Of a stretch of 64,000 nt of DNA, positions 34,201-46,096 are shown one piece after another (position 1 is the first letter of the stretch; every line of letters begins with the position of its first letter). The stretch covers positions 310,001-374,000 of the forward strand of contig OZ374561.1 in the NCBI GenBank assembly GCA_977862235.1, in the 5' to 3' direction. Source of the DNA: Dudresnaya verticillata (taxonomy: Eukaryota). The position numbers and the translations under genes are program-made. The notes beneath the pieces were generated by a model. The model was not told the origin of the DNA. It saw only the letters and a program-made list of their open reading frames with translations, and ran no database searches.

Positions 34201-35802
34201 GACATTTTGGATTGGGATTGCGAATGTTATCCATGACCTTGCTTGCTTTCTTCATCTGTTGGACGCTCACCCTTGCTATGTCGGCTCTTCTTCCGCTCGC
34301 GCCCGGGAATGTACAGTGCGCGACACATGCTAGCGTGTCGCGTCGCGAGGCGCTCTGTCAGCAAAAGCCTGAGAGTCAACGACGTCCAGGAAAGACGGGT
34401 GTCGTGTGACATGTAGCGAGGACGGTTCGAAGGTGCGGGACAAGTCCGAAAGTGACCAAGTTAGTTACTAATGCATGGCTGCTTAGAGGAGGTGCCTTTT
34501 TGGCTGGCGCCAGTTGTCGACACCAGTGTCCCAGAGCGTCGCACGTTGGAACGCATACATGCCTTGGTGCTCCCTGGACCGAAACGAGAAGGATGGTCGA
34601 AATCTAGCAGTTGCGTTTGCTGCCTCTTTGCTGTCCGGGATGGATGTGGCGGTCCTTGCCAACCACATCGCGAAAGACATACAGCCATCACATGCAAGTT
34701 GCCTCTCTGTGAGCAGCGTGACTTGTCCTCTACACGGCAGAGTCTGCAGTTCTGCAACACGTGTTCTGCATACCTCGGTGGGTTGGTTCCTTCCACCGAC
34801 TCACTGGACGATTCCTGTTTCACGGAAATATTACCGAGCTCTTTCTCGCACGGGTCCCTTTCTCGCATAAGCAGTTGGCATTGCACAAGATTCTGGGTAT
34901 GGGTACTGGGCCCCCAATCAGATGCTTGCCCAATTATGGACCGGTTCAACCAGCAAGTTGCTGTTCCACAACACGTGGATGCAGTGGGACTGTCCAGACC
35001 GATATTGCTCCGAGTGTGACGTGCACCGTGTGAGCTGTGTGGGTACTGTATCCATTTCAGGGGCGCATGCAAGCAATATGCGAAGTATAGCGTCACAATT
35101 TCACGAAATGTTCCTAATCTATATTATTTTATGACCAATTGTGATGAGCCGTGGTAAAACATGTCCAATCGTTTGCGGTTTTCAGATTCTCCGCGAGAAA
35201 AGTAGGAATCTGTTTCCACGTTGCCCAATCACGTGCGTGACGCTTGTCGCAGAAGAGGCGCTCTACCAACTGTAAATAACTAAAAATTAATCAGCAGACA
35301 GGCCACCAAACTCCCCTTGAGACCACATTCCATCCCCGTGGCACAAAAGCGGAGGTAAATAAAGCGAGTGTTGCAATCCCATTGGGTGAGGGAATGGCCC
35401 GATTGTTGAACTGGCGGTGTCGACAGGCGGGCAGCAACCTGCACTGCTGTACACCAGCCATGATCCTCCCCTTTGTATTTTTATCTTTTTTTCAAGTCTC
35501 GAGGGCTCCACATGTTCAGCCCACTCTTTCTCGCGAAGACGATGACAATGCTCTCAGACACTCAGGGAATAAGATACGGCTCCGCGGAGAATCTGAAGAA
35601 TCACTGAAAAGAGCAGCACGCCCTGCGGTACTTCAGGCCTTGACAGCCAGCCACAGCGACCTTTCCACGCACTCAAAAGCCAGCCACCGAGCTTCACACC
35701 CTCCACCCCCGCCCGTACCAGCGCACCGAACCGTCCTCCTCATCTCTCACCGCACCGCACCGCACCGCACCCACCCCTTCACCGCAGATACCCTCCCCCA
35801 AA

Positions 35803-36483
35803 ATGGCTGTCCATGAGAAAAACCGCGCCGTGCGCTTCTACCATGCCCTCGTCTCCATCATCCTGCTCCTCGCGGGCGGCGGCCTGCTTGGCACGGGCAT
35901 CTGGCTGCACGTCACCGACAACGCCGGCCCGCTCAACCTCGAGTACTCCGGCAGCAGCGTCTTCAACTGGGTCCTCAACTTCAGCATCGGTATCATGATC
36001 ATCGGTGCCTTCCTAATCGGTGCCGCCATCGCGTCTCTGCTCGCTCTGTCACGCAACTGCGTCGGCGGCACGTTCCGCTTCATCTACATCCTGTCCGCGA
36101 TCATCATCTTGGCCGCACTCATCTTGATAACGGTCGTCTCTATCGTCATCCTTGTCAACGGTGACTCTGAGTCGGTAAAGGACTTCTTGTCCCAGGCCTG
36201 GAACAGGACCGTCAGTGAGAATGCGAAGGAGGTCTGTGAGGTTGAGAAGCATTTCGAGTGCAGGGGCTTTCTCAACAATGACTGTGTCGGCTGTGAGCTT
36301 GGAACCGAGACTGCATGCAGCAACCTCGCCTGCGCAAACTGCGGCAGAGCAACTGACGTCAGCATTGGGTGCTACGATGAGATCGTCGATAGCGTTGACA
36401 AATTCTATTTGCCTGCAGCTATCGTTTCTGGTATTCTAGGCCTGCTTGTGCTCGTCGACATTTTCGTTGCTTGTGCATTATAG
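35803..36483 (+). CDS. Tetraspanin-family protein
   Basis: Four TM segments. Large loop between TM3 and TM4 has FECRG at the CCG position, 8 Cys in total and GCY before TM4. Confidence 0.82.
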   Translation: MAVHEKNRAVRFYHALVSIILLLAGGGLLGTGIWLHVTDNAGPLNLEYSGSSVFNWVLNFSIGIMIIGAFLIGAAIASLLALSRNCVGGTFRFIYILSAIIILAALILITVVSIVILVNGDSESVKDFLSQAWNRTVSENAKEVCEVEKHFECRGFLNNDCVGCELGTETACSNLACANCGRATDVSIGCYDEIVDSVDKFYLPAAIVSGILGLLVLVDIFVACAL

Positions 36484-38037
36484 GAACAACAGTAGAAAGT
36501 CTTAGGGAAGCACTCTTTTCGTCGCAAGCCTATATTCCAGAGCGGAAGCAACGAGATTATTCGTACTACAAGTCGTTGTATGCACATAGTGAATAACTAA
36601 ACTCATCACAAGCAACTTCAACTGCTATCCAGTTCTAGGCACCTCTTTCTTCTAAGCTTGTTGTATTCCCTAAACTGCAGCGAAACGTGAAGCAGAGTAA
36701 GTAATTTTTAAGGAAAGCTAGGTCAAATACACATGCTGGTTTGCAATGTTGAGAGCAGCTTGCAATGGTATGTTCTTGAACGACAGTCCACACTGGATTT
36801 GTGCTGCTTCGAATGAAGCGTAGCAGCCAGCTCGGCAGCTGTCCGCTACTGCGAAGTGGGTGGGTAGTAGAGAAAAGCATGACAACCCAAGGAGCAGGAG
36901 CGCATATAATGCCGATAGGTATCCATTTCCATACCATTTGCACATTGGGTGCAACCCCACATATTTTCATTTCTCGGCTACTTTGCTACTAGTGCACCTA
37001 ACCTGCAAGCTGATTCGGGCATATACTGGCTCGGTATTGTAATGCAAGCGAACTGCATTTGATTACATGTTCAGTACAAACGTTTTGCTCTGGGCATTAG
37101 GGAGGAATTTGCTGCTTCGAGGCGGTCATCCTTTCGCTTGCTCCTTCAGTCTAGGCAAGACTTTGCAACAGCTGCAGAGCGACGGCTTCACCGGGTGAAA
37201 CGCGGAAAAGCAGTTGACGCATTGTATCATGAGGTAGGCAACCTGGTCATACCTAGAAGAGCAATGTACCTTCGAAATTGCCGAGCAATACACATATCAC
37301 AGCGCTTCACGCCGGAAGAACCTGTTGCAAGTATAACCGCCTGGTGCTCCGGCTGCGCCGCTAGGGAACTGTAACATGTTACATAGCGTCTGATGTTGAG
37401 CCTCGAGTCTCTAGAGTTTCAGGTCTTGCCGACGTCCGGGACGTTAGTCTGTACAGTACGTACCATTCCAGAATACGCCTCCTGGAAAAGGAGGGTAAGA
37501 GGATAAAGAAGGCCGTCGGAGAGCAGCTGGTCCTGGTTACAGTACAGTACTCGAGGTTTGCAGTAAACGTGTTACTCCTTATTCCTCACGGTCGGCACCA
37601 TCTGTTGTGACACTTGTCTTCTGTTTGTTGGTTTCATTCGACAAGCTATATTCCGGTAAATTTCGCTGTTCATGATTCTCAAGATTCTTCCCGTTCTTGC
37701 AACGATGTTTCTTGCTTGCTACACATGGCGCCTTCTCAGAGGGCTAGCATTTGTGTAATCTCCAAACAATCTGAAGATCTGGCGACCCTGTGCCCTGTAC
37801 CTTATTCGACGACGTACTCTCGCTTGCATGCCCACTGCATCTCGCGGTCGAAGGTGGTGCGACACGAGGGACACCCCAACCACAGGCGATATTTCTGTTC
37901 CCCGGTTTGAGCCTTGAGGCCAAGCGAAGCTGATCAAAAGTAATCCTCTCCCCTCACAGCGAGGTAGATTTCAATTCACCACGCGCATCCTCCTCATCAC
38001 CTCATCACCGTCTACGCCCACGCCCCCTCCAAACACA

Positions 38038-39252
38038 ATGCAGGCCTTTGTCATCGGTCCGTTCGTAAAGGCGAGCGCCTTCACCGCCAGCGCACCGGCC
38101 GCACGTCAGCTCGTGTCCTCGCGCCACAGCAAGACGTCGTCCGCGACACGGAGCGTGCCGTGCGCAACGGCGACGGGCGATCGCCTTGTGCAGGGCGTCC
38201 GCGGTCTGAGCGTGAACGAGGAGGGAAAGATCTGGGTACCGCAACGTGCCCGTCCGCGCCGCAACCGCAAGTCGGAGGGTGTGCGGTCCATGGTGCGCGA
38301 GAACATCGTGCTCCCGTCCAACTTTGTCTATCCGCTCTTCATCCACACCAAGGACTTCAACGAGGGCATCACCCCTATGCCGGGATGCGAGCGCCACTCA
38401 GTCGCGTCCGTACTCAAGGAGGTTGGCGAGGCCCATAGTCTCGGCGTCAATGCAGTCGTGCTCTTCCCGAAAATCCCAGAAGAGCTTAAGAGCAATGCTG
38501 CGGATGAGTGCTACAACCCGGATGGACTTGTGCCGCAGGTCGTTTCTGCAATTAAGAGTCGTTATCCTACTGTTACTGTTTGGACGGATATTGCTCTTGA
38601 TCCCTACTCTGATCAGGGTCATGACGGTATGGTGTCTGATTGCAACCTCGGTGATGGCGGTAAGGGCAAGATTTTGAACGACGAGACTGTCGAGCAGTTG
38701 TGCAGGCAGGCCGTTTGCCATGCCCGTGCAGGAGCCGATGTAGTGTCGCCTTCGGATATGATGGATGGACGTATTGGTGCGATTCGTGATGCCCTAGACT
38801 CGCATGGCTTTACCGATGTCTCTATTGTCTCGTACTGTGCCAAATACGCATCGGCATTCTACGGTCCTTTCAGGGATGCCCTTGATTCTGCTCCTAGGGA
38901 GAGTTCAAACGCGCCACCGAACAAGAAGACGTATCAGATGGACCCTGCGAACTCAAGGGAGGCCCTTGTGGAGGCCGCATTAGATGCAGCTGAAGGCGCC
39001 GATATGTTGATGGTTAAGCCTGGTATGCCTTATTTGGATGTTATTCGTCGTTTGAGAGACGCTTCTACCTTGCCCATTGCCGCCTACCATGTGTCTGGAG
39101 AGTATGCTATGATGAAGGCAGCAGCTGAGAAGGGGTGGCTGGATGAGAAGGCCTCAGTTCTAGAGGCATTGCTCTGTTTCAAGCGTGCTGGTGCGGACTG
39201 CATCCTGACTTACTATGCCAAGCAGGCAGCGCAGTGGATGCAAGATGCATGA
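38038..39252 (+). CDS. hemB: Delta-aminolevulinic acid dehydratase (porphobilinogen synthase), plastid, Asp-rich non-Zn type
   Basis: RPRRNRKS, DIALDPYSDQGHDG, SPSDMMDGR, AKYASAFYGPFRDA, MVKPG, AYHVSGEY. MQAF leader. Confidence 0.98.
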   Translation: MQAFVIGPFVKASAFTASAPAARQLVSSRHSKTSSATRSVPCATATGDRLVQGVRGLSVNEEGKIWVPQRARPRRNRKSEGVRSMVRENIVLPSNFVYPLFIHTKDFNEGITPMPGCERHSVASVLKEVGEAHSLGVNAVVLFPKIPEELKSNAADECYNPDGLVPQVVSAIKSRYPTVTVWTDIALDPYSDQGHDGMVSDCNLGDGGKGKILNDETVEQLCRQAVCHARAGADVVSPSDMMDGRIGAIRDALDSHGFTDVSIVSYCAKYASAFYGPFRDALDSAPRESSNAPPNKKTYQMDPANSREALVEAALDAAEGADMLMVKPGMPYLDVIRRLRDASTLPIAAYHVSGEYAMMKAAAEKGWLDEKASVLEALLCFKRAGADCILTYYAKQAAQWMQDA

Positions 39253-39340
39253 GGGTACTAGTTCCGCTCGAAAGCGTGACTCTCTGAGTTCGCACCTCGC
39301 AACTCGTACCTCTAACGCTCTTAGCGCTCCGGGCCTGCTC

Positions 39341-39386
39341 AGCGATGTAACGGTACAGATGAGCGATGTAACGGTACAGATGAGCG
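39341..39386. repeat. 21-bp perfect tandem duplication
   Basis: agcgatgtaacggtacagatg x2 plus agcg. Confidence 0.9.
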
Positions 39387-39584
39387 TTACGAATATCATG
39401 GCTTCCGTTAAACAAGCAATGGCAGCAGTAGGGATTGAGACGATAGCGCCAGGAAATGTTCGTGGTTTGAATCGGAAGCCCATGCGAAGTGAACTACCCC
39501 TAGGAACGTACGATGAGCTTAAGAGTTCAGGAGTAAATTTTCTGTTCTGCTAATAAGGGTGTGCGTTCGTTCGTTACATAAAGT

Positions 39585-40076
39585 TCAGAGTTGTTTATTA
39601 TACTGTGAGTTGACAGCGGCAATCAACCGTTTTGAAACCTGTAGGATGACAAGGAAAGGCGTGAAGATCCACTGACTGTTCATAACGAAGATGGGCCAAT
39701 ACCACGGTGGTATAATGAAATGTTTCGAGTACAATACGTATAGCAGGGTCTTCGTTGACACAAGCATAGCTCGACATATCGCCAAGATCGCGAATGATGG
39801 TTTCCGTACATTGTAACAAAAACTGCCGAATAGGTAGAAGCAAAGAAGAATGTCAACACCCCCTACAAGGTAAATGTACCACACCATCTTGTCTTCATAC
39901 ATTCCATATACTTTGTCAACACGGGCATAAACATTGAAGATTGGAAACAACCAAGCTAGATCGCCTCCCTTCAGCGACCGTGGGCGAAGCATAATGTAGC
40001 ACCACTCCGGGGTCAGGATAAACACGTTGATTAGGTACCATATGCGAACCCATGGAGGGATCAGTGCAGCCTTCAT
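39585..40076 (-). CDS. EXPERA/emopamil-binding-like small membrane protein
   Basis: YIMLRPRSLKGG, YARVDKVYG, KTLLY, FVMNSQWI..P with 4-5 TM segments. Confidence 0.7.
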   Translation of the reverse strand: MKAALIPPWVRIWYLINVFILTPEWCYIMLRPRSLKGGDLAWLFPIFNVYARVDKVYGMYEDKMVWYIYLVGGVDILLCFYLFGSFCYNVRKPSFAILAICRAMLVSTKTLLYVLYSKHFIIPPWYWPIFVMNSQWIFTPFLVILQVSKRLIAAVNSQYNKQL

Positions 40077-41298
40077 TGGGAGGCCGTATGAGTAGGTCGC
40101 TGTTTGACCAATCCGTCGGATGGTTCCCCAGATTGCCAACACCGCGAAAGCTGCTTGTCTTCCAAGTTATTGCTCAAACGACTTTGAAGGCTCTTGGCAA
40201 GGATGTCGAGTGAGTTCCACCCGTCCAGTCCCAGACGTCTACTATCCCCTGAATGTCTCTGCACGTCTGAAGCGTGAAGATCTTGCCCGGAGTGCAAGCG
40301 CTGACGGATAAGGAAAACCTTCGTGCCGTGATCAAGGCGAGGCCCCGCAACAATATGATTCTCCATTTCAGGATAACGGCTACGGGTTGCGGGGGGCTAC
40401 AGGCCACAGAAAATTAGTAGTTTTGGATCTAACGGGTCACAGGTGGCGTGCTCGTAGTTTTGGATCTAACCGGTGGCATACTCGAATGTGCTGTAGAATA
40501 GAGCCTCACGGGAGAGACTTCAGAGGCCAGGAACTGAAGCCAACAGCAAGTTCTTTCGCTGTTAAGAGCCCACTAGTCATCCAAGGCTTTCCTAGTTCAT
40601 TCCCTTGTTGTCTTTTGCTGCTGTTTCTGGAGATGGACATTTCAAATCACAGCAGCACGGGCTATTGTTGGTCTATATATGTGGAAAACGTCAACAGACT
40701 GAACACAGACAGCAACGATTCCAAACATTCACTGTTAGTGCGGCCCGACATACCTCATACCTCTGCCCTATTGCACCACAGACATGCGTCTGTAGAAGCG
40801 CACAGAAAATACCATTGGATGTGAACCTTACCGCCGACCTCAGCACCAGCCAAGAATTCCAAGCCGCACAGATGTACATTCGCAAGCTATAGGAGAGAAT
40901 GCAGTACTTGGTAGCGAGTCGCTGTTGCATCTGGCAGAGATGACATCTTGACATCTAATCGGCAGCATAATTTTTTTATCTCGAATTTCTATTCTATCTG
41001 TCTGTCGACGCTGTCTCATACTGTCTATTTCTGGACATCTGTACCCCATTAGGTCTGGATTTCGATTCGGATCAAGACTGGATTAAGGTGATCGGATTGA
41101 GCTCAGTCAAGAGTTTGGTGCCGGCCAACGCCGGCCCAGCGCTCGCGACACAGTCTCGAGGAGCAACTTCGAAGTCGCCGATATTCTGCGTTAGACCGGA
41201 CGTTGCGAGCCGATCTGGGGTTTTGGATGCCTCCCTCGCGGAGCGGATGCGGCTGAAGTAGCTGCAAGATTGAAGCCGCAGAGTGCCCGGTATCTGCG

Positions 41299-42069
41299 AT
41301 GCGAACTGCAGGCGCAGGAAGATGCTGCCGACAACGGCATGTGCCCCTTTTCTCACCACCTTTCATGTGTTCTGATCTTCAGCCAAAGAGCTTGCGCACT
41401 CTCAAAGTTTGTGGTGTAGTTTCTGCCTCAGATGCAGAGCTAATTGTGAGTGTAGCGAAGCCGATCCTACCGCCGAATGTTGATCTGCTTATCGGCATGA
41501 TCATGTGGCCGCACTCGCGTCGGTCCGTCTCAGCTGCGGATGCAGCAGCCATCGCAGCCGCGTCACATGCCAGCGGCGTAACTCCAGTCGGTGTGTTTGT
41601 TGACGAGGATGTCGAGGCGATCGAGGCAGCCTGCAAGGACGCTGGTATTGACGTTGCTCAGCTTCATGGGCAGGTCTCAAGAGGCTCTTTCCAGAATGCT
41701 GGCGGGCGTTTTGCTTCCGATTTGCAATGGATTGATGTTCGCGATGTTACCTCAGACGGCACGGTAGTCCATGAACCGCAAGCCATAAGTGAACCCATGT
41801 GGCGTCTGTACGACGCAAAAGGTGGAGGGACTGGCAAGGCCTTTGACTGGACCAAGTTTGCTCGTCCTAATGAGCCTTGGCTGTTAGCGGGCGGGCTTGG
41901 TCCAGACAACGTCGCAGATGCTGTTTCGGCTCTTCGCCCAGATGGCGTGGATGTCGCAAGTGGCGTTGCGAAGGAGGATCGTTGCCGAAAGGACGAAGCT
42001 AAGTTGAAAGACTTTGTTGAACGTCTCGTTGAAGCGTATTCGTTTGAAGTTCTCACTGAACAGAAATAG
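41299..42069 (+). CDS. trpF: Phosphoribosylanthranilate isomerase (monofunctional)
   Basis: KVCG, SRRSV, VGVFVD, AQLHG, GGGTGKAFDW, LAGGLGPDNV, GVDVASGV. Start uncertain. Confidence 0.95.
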   Translation: MRTAGAGRCCRQRHVPLFSPPFMCSDLQPKSLRTLKVCGVVSASDAELIVSVAKPILPPNVDLLIGMIMWPHSRRSVSAADAAAIAAASHASGVTPVGVFVDEDVEAIEAACKDAGIDVAQLHGQVSRGSFQNAGGRFASDLQWIDVRDVTSDGTVVHEPQAISEPMWRLYDAKGGGTGKAFDWTKFARPNEPWLLAGGLGPDNVADAVSALRPDGVDVASGVAKEDRCRKDEAKLKDFVERLVEAYSFEVLTEQK

Positions 42070-42571
42070 AACATATTATTATCTGTTCTAGCGATGCGTG
42101 CGTAATGCTGTATTCTAGTGGATCTCTGCGCGGTGAAATTGCATCATGTGTGTACCGAACATTTGGTTTCAGTCTGAATGTTGGGAAGGATAATACAGGT
42201 GCTAGAAAGACCTAGGAGAGACCTTTACGAGTCAAATTGCAAGCTTTGTTTCTCATCAAAGACTTGTGCCACTCTCTCCTGACATACGAACTGCCCAAAG
42301 CAACAGCTTCGTTGCTGCTCGAGCCTTGCAAGAGCTTGGATCACACTCATTGTATGTTGCTATTGCTAACAACGATCCGTCCTTGACCTATACATATTTT
42401 AATTCAGTATCGTTATGTGACCTTGCATGTAGCCTGAGCAAGATCACACTGATGCGAGCTAGTAGAATTGACAGAGCGGGTCTGCGTAGTTTATGTTCTT
42501 ACGCAAGCAGCGGGTTGACCTCATTTCGATCACGAACTCGTGGCCATAGCTTATCCCGTGCAGCAAAACTG

Positions 42572-43047
42572 CTACAGCGGTGCATCCTCTCCCTCACTCG
42601 CTATGTTTGATGATTGGCGATAGCCTTTTATGGCCCCAGGAAACTTCAAACCGTGTCTGTAACTCCAATTCAATCGGCGAGAAATGTTAGTTTAAACCGC
42701 TGAACAAAGATAACTGGGATAGAGAATGGCTTATGAGCAGCTGCTTACCTTCTTCTCATCTCATCTTTCAAAGCTTCATCATTTGCAAACGCGTTCATGC
42801 AAGCGTCAATTGCTTTGCTATGCACTCGACAGCGCCATACAACTGAGAGCAGCTTCCCTTCCGAACACTCCGCCAACGCACGGACGCTTTCATGACATCC
42901 TCGAACTGCAACCTCCTTTAACTGGCGCTTCACACTGTTCTCAGCTTTGTGCTTTAAAATTGGGACCGGATCTGTGTTCCCACGAGCGCCTAGCAACTCC
43001 GACAGCTGCTCCTGTGTAACAGGCTCTCTCTGCTTTTGGTGCGACAT
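42572..43047 (-). CDS. Cmc1-like twin CX9C cytochrome c oxidase assembly protein, 2 exons (intron 42657-42748)
   Basis: CHESVRALAEC...SVVWRCRVHSKAIDAC. The GTAAGC..ACTAAC..CAG intron extends the frame to a stop at 42572. Confidence 0.8.
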
Positions 43048-43583
43048 GAGGAGCAAAACTTTTTCTTTTCGAACAGTGGGGATGATCGGATCCTACACAG
43101 TGGAGGTCGAGACGGAATGGAGGGATGCACGATTACGATGCGGGACGAAGTTGAATGGAGGGCCACAAGGCTAGGAGGGTGCGGCAGCCAGCGGGATCCC
43201 AGTAGAATCCTCGACGATGATTAGAGGTGTTTTATTGAAACAGAACCCCAAGTGCCGAAATGTCAAGGGTGCTTTTTACATAACTGTAAGTACACATCTG
43301 TAAGGAAATTCCTCTCTGGTCGCCGAGCGGCGCGCCGTCGTCGGCTGGCGGCATTGGCGGCGCTAGCGGCGCTGGCGGCTTTGTCGTTTTCTTTCGATTT
43401 CCCTGCTCGCTTTCTCTGGGAATCCTCGACGCATTCATCACTCCCTCCCGATCGCCAACTTGAAGCGGGATAGGTGCTCCCGTACTGCTAGTCTCTGCCA
43501 ACGGTCAAGCATTGGCATCGACGTGTGCAAGTCCCTCGAGCCTAAGTGACTTTGGGTAGTGCTCAATAACAGCAACTTGCAAC

Positions 43584-45986
43584 ATGCCGGGGGTTGGGCT
43601 CGACACTGGCAAGGGTCTGGATTCCGTCATGGAGGATGATTTTGAGAAGAAGCGGGAGGAGATGCAGTGTGTGGCAAAGGACTGCGTTGTCGTTGTCGAC
43701 AACATCCCGAAGATCGGTCCTGACAAGTTCCCACGCCTTGTTTCAATTCTCACTCCGAAGTTTGAGTCGATGGGTCGTATGCGACTGGACAAGGATGACA
43801 ACCCGCGTCTCTCCTTCGTGAAGGGTAGTGATGGATTCACTCTTGGGTTTGCGTTTGCGGAGTACGTTTCCCCGGAGGAGGCGCACAAGGCGCTCAATGT
43901 GCTGCACAACTACCAGCTAGACAAGAACCATCGCTTTTGGGCCTGTACAGCTGGCGACCTGGAGAAGTTGCAAGAGGTGCCGGAGGAGTTCACTCCGCCT
44001 TCGCAAATGGCGGTGACGGAACGCAATCGCCCTAACTTTAAGAGCTGGCTGCTCGACGAGAGAGGTCGGGATCAATTCCTGATCCGGCATGAGGATGAAA
44101 CGAGCATCTATTGGCATGACCATATCGTTAAACCGCAACTGGTAAGTGCATGCGTCTGCAACCCTGCGAGATCTTCTTGTAACGTGATCTGCGAAGTTTG
44201 GCGGTGATGATTTCATTTCTTTGATTACTCCGACATCTGGTGTTTTCTGAGGGAACTGCATCCCTTAGCCAGGTTATGTGGATATTTTCTTAGAGGCTGT
44301 TTCTGATGCCATCAATGAGCGTGTTCCAGCGCTTCTTCACTAGCACCCACTCCCGTTTCGACGTTACTAACCTTTTGTTCCTGCTATTCGTTTTGATTTG
44401 CTTCCTATTAGGACTATGCTCGTGTGAAGTGGACGGAGGCTGCAACTCTATGGTCTCCACGTGGGACTTATGTTGCTACTTTCCATCCTCGGGGCGTCAA
44501 GCTTTGGGGGCGCTTGCCACAGAAGAACAAGGATGACGAAGTTGAGTGGGCCTTGAGAATGCGTTTTGAGCACAACGGGGTGACTTTCTTGGATTTCTCG
44601 CCATGTGAGAACTATTTGGTTACCTTCAACGGCACTGAGCCTCAGCGCGATGACAAGCGCAATCCACGAGCCCTCGTCGTCTGGGACATTCTGACCGGAA
44701 GAAGGAAGCGAGGATTTCTTGGACCGCCTCGCTCGATCTTGGGACCGGATGGGACGATACCGTGGCCGATCTTTCAGTGGTCTCACGATGATAAGTATTT
44801 CGCACGTCTGAACGAGAATGCGATTGGGGTGTATCAGGCCCCAGACATGGGCCTTGTCGGCAAGAAGTCGATCAAGCTGCAGAATGTAAGGAGCTTTGCT
44901 TGGTCTCCAACGGACAACATCATGGCATATTGGACACCGGAGGTGAATGACTCGCCGGCGCGAGTATCGCTAATTGAGCTTCCATCGAAGCGGGAGATTC
45001 GACAGAAGGCGCTTTTCTCAGTCTCATCAATTGTGTTGCATTGGCAGCAAGAAGGAAAGTTCCTTTGCTGCAAAGTCGACAGACTCACAAAGAGTCGGAA
45101 AGGACAATTCACGAACTTTGAGCTGTTCAGAGTGAAGGCCAAGGATATTCCAGTTGAAGTGCTGGAGTACAAAGAGAAAGACATTGTTAATGCGTTTGCG
45201 TGGGAACCTCAGGGCAATCGTTTTGCTGTGATCCATGCGTATAGCGATATCCCTGGCAAGACTGATGTGAGTTTCTTCACGATGCAGGGCGTTAGCGGTG
45301 AGCTGAAGGAGATGTTCACATTGGAGAAGAAGAATGCGAATCAGTTACATTGGTCACCGAAGGGAAGATTCATCCTCCTTGCTGCTGTATGCACTCAGAA
45401 CGGGAGTTTAGAATGGTACGACATCAATGATGCAGCTGGGAAGGAAAACCCGGAGCCTGCTGGTTCCGACGAGCATTTCTCCTGCAACGATGTGCAGTGG
45501 GATCCCTCAGGTCGATTTGTGACGACTTCTGTGACTTGCTGGAGGAGCAATAGCGACAATGGGTACATCATCTGGACTATGTATGGCAAGGAATTGTGTC
45601 GCGTGACTGTCGACCAGCTGTATCAATTTGCATGGCGCCCTCGTCCACCCAGTTTGCTGACGCCGAAACAGGAGAGAGATGTGAAGAAGACGCTGAAGGT
45701 TCGCCGGGATCTCTATGAGAGGGAAGACAAGGACCTGAAAGATACCGTCAGCAGCGGCAAGGCCGCTAGACGTAAGGAGCAAAGAGATTTCTTCTATGCT
45801 TTCCAAAATGAGGGGAATGCAAGGATCCAGGAGGAGTCCGAGAAGCGTGCGGCGGCTTTTGCGTGCTACTCCACGCAAGGAGACGACACTGAAACTATTA
45901 CTGAGATCGTTGAGACGATCATATCCGTTAAGACCGACATTGATTGGACAAAGAAGCTTCTTACAAGTGAAGATGAACGTGACTAA
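43584..45986 (+). CDS. eIF3b: Eukaryotic translation initiation factor 3 subunit B, 2 exons (43584-44141, 44412-45986)
   Basis: RRM (VVVDNIP, GFAFAEY, LDKNH), WSPRGTY, beta-propeller repeats, WDPSGRF, QFAWRPRPPSLL. 270-bp GTAAGT..ACTAAC..TAG intron. Confidence 0.96.
44199..44311 (+). ncRNA. Intronic box C/D snoRNA (SNORD95/U95-like D-box guide)
   Basis: Box C GTGATGA at 44204-44210, D' CTGA at 44247-44250, box D CTGA at 44303-44306, terminal stem TGGC/GCCA. Guide TAGAGGCTGTT is antisense to the LSU rRNA segment AACAGCCUCU(A), recalled from memory. Confidence 0.8.
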
Positions 45987-46096
45987 CTTTTTGAGTAAAC
46001 GGATTGGTAAGAGTTGCCCAGTTTGTGTTGTGGATGTAGTATCGAATAGAGTTCGAGCTGTGTTTACCTTGGCACCCACCCGCAAGTAACGATACT

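Noticed and set aside
33725..35096. 180-210 aa ORFs on both strands
   Set aside because: Cys/Ser/Arg-rich, random-looking composition with no domain.
40417..40486. 17-bp direct repeat gtagttttggatctaac x2 (and a 14-bp palindrome tgtaacatgttaca near 37370)
   Set aside because: Too short and isolated to interpret.
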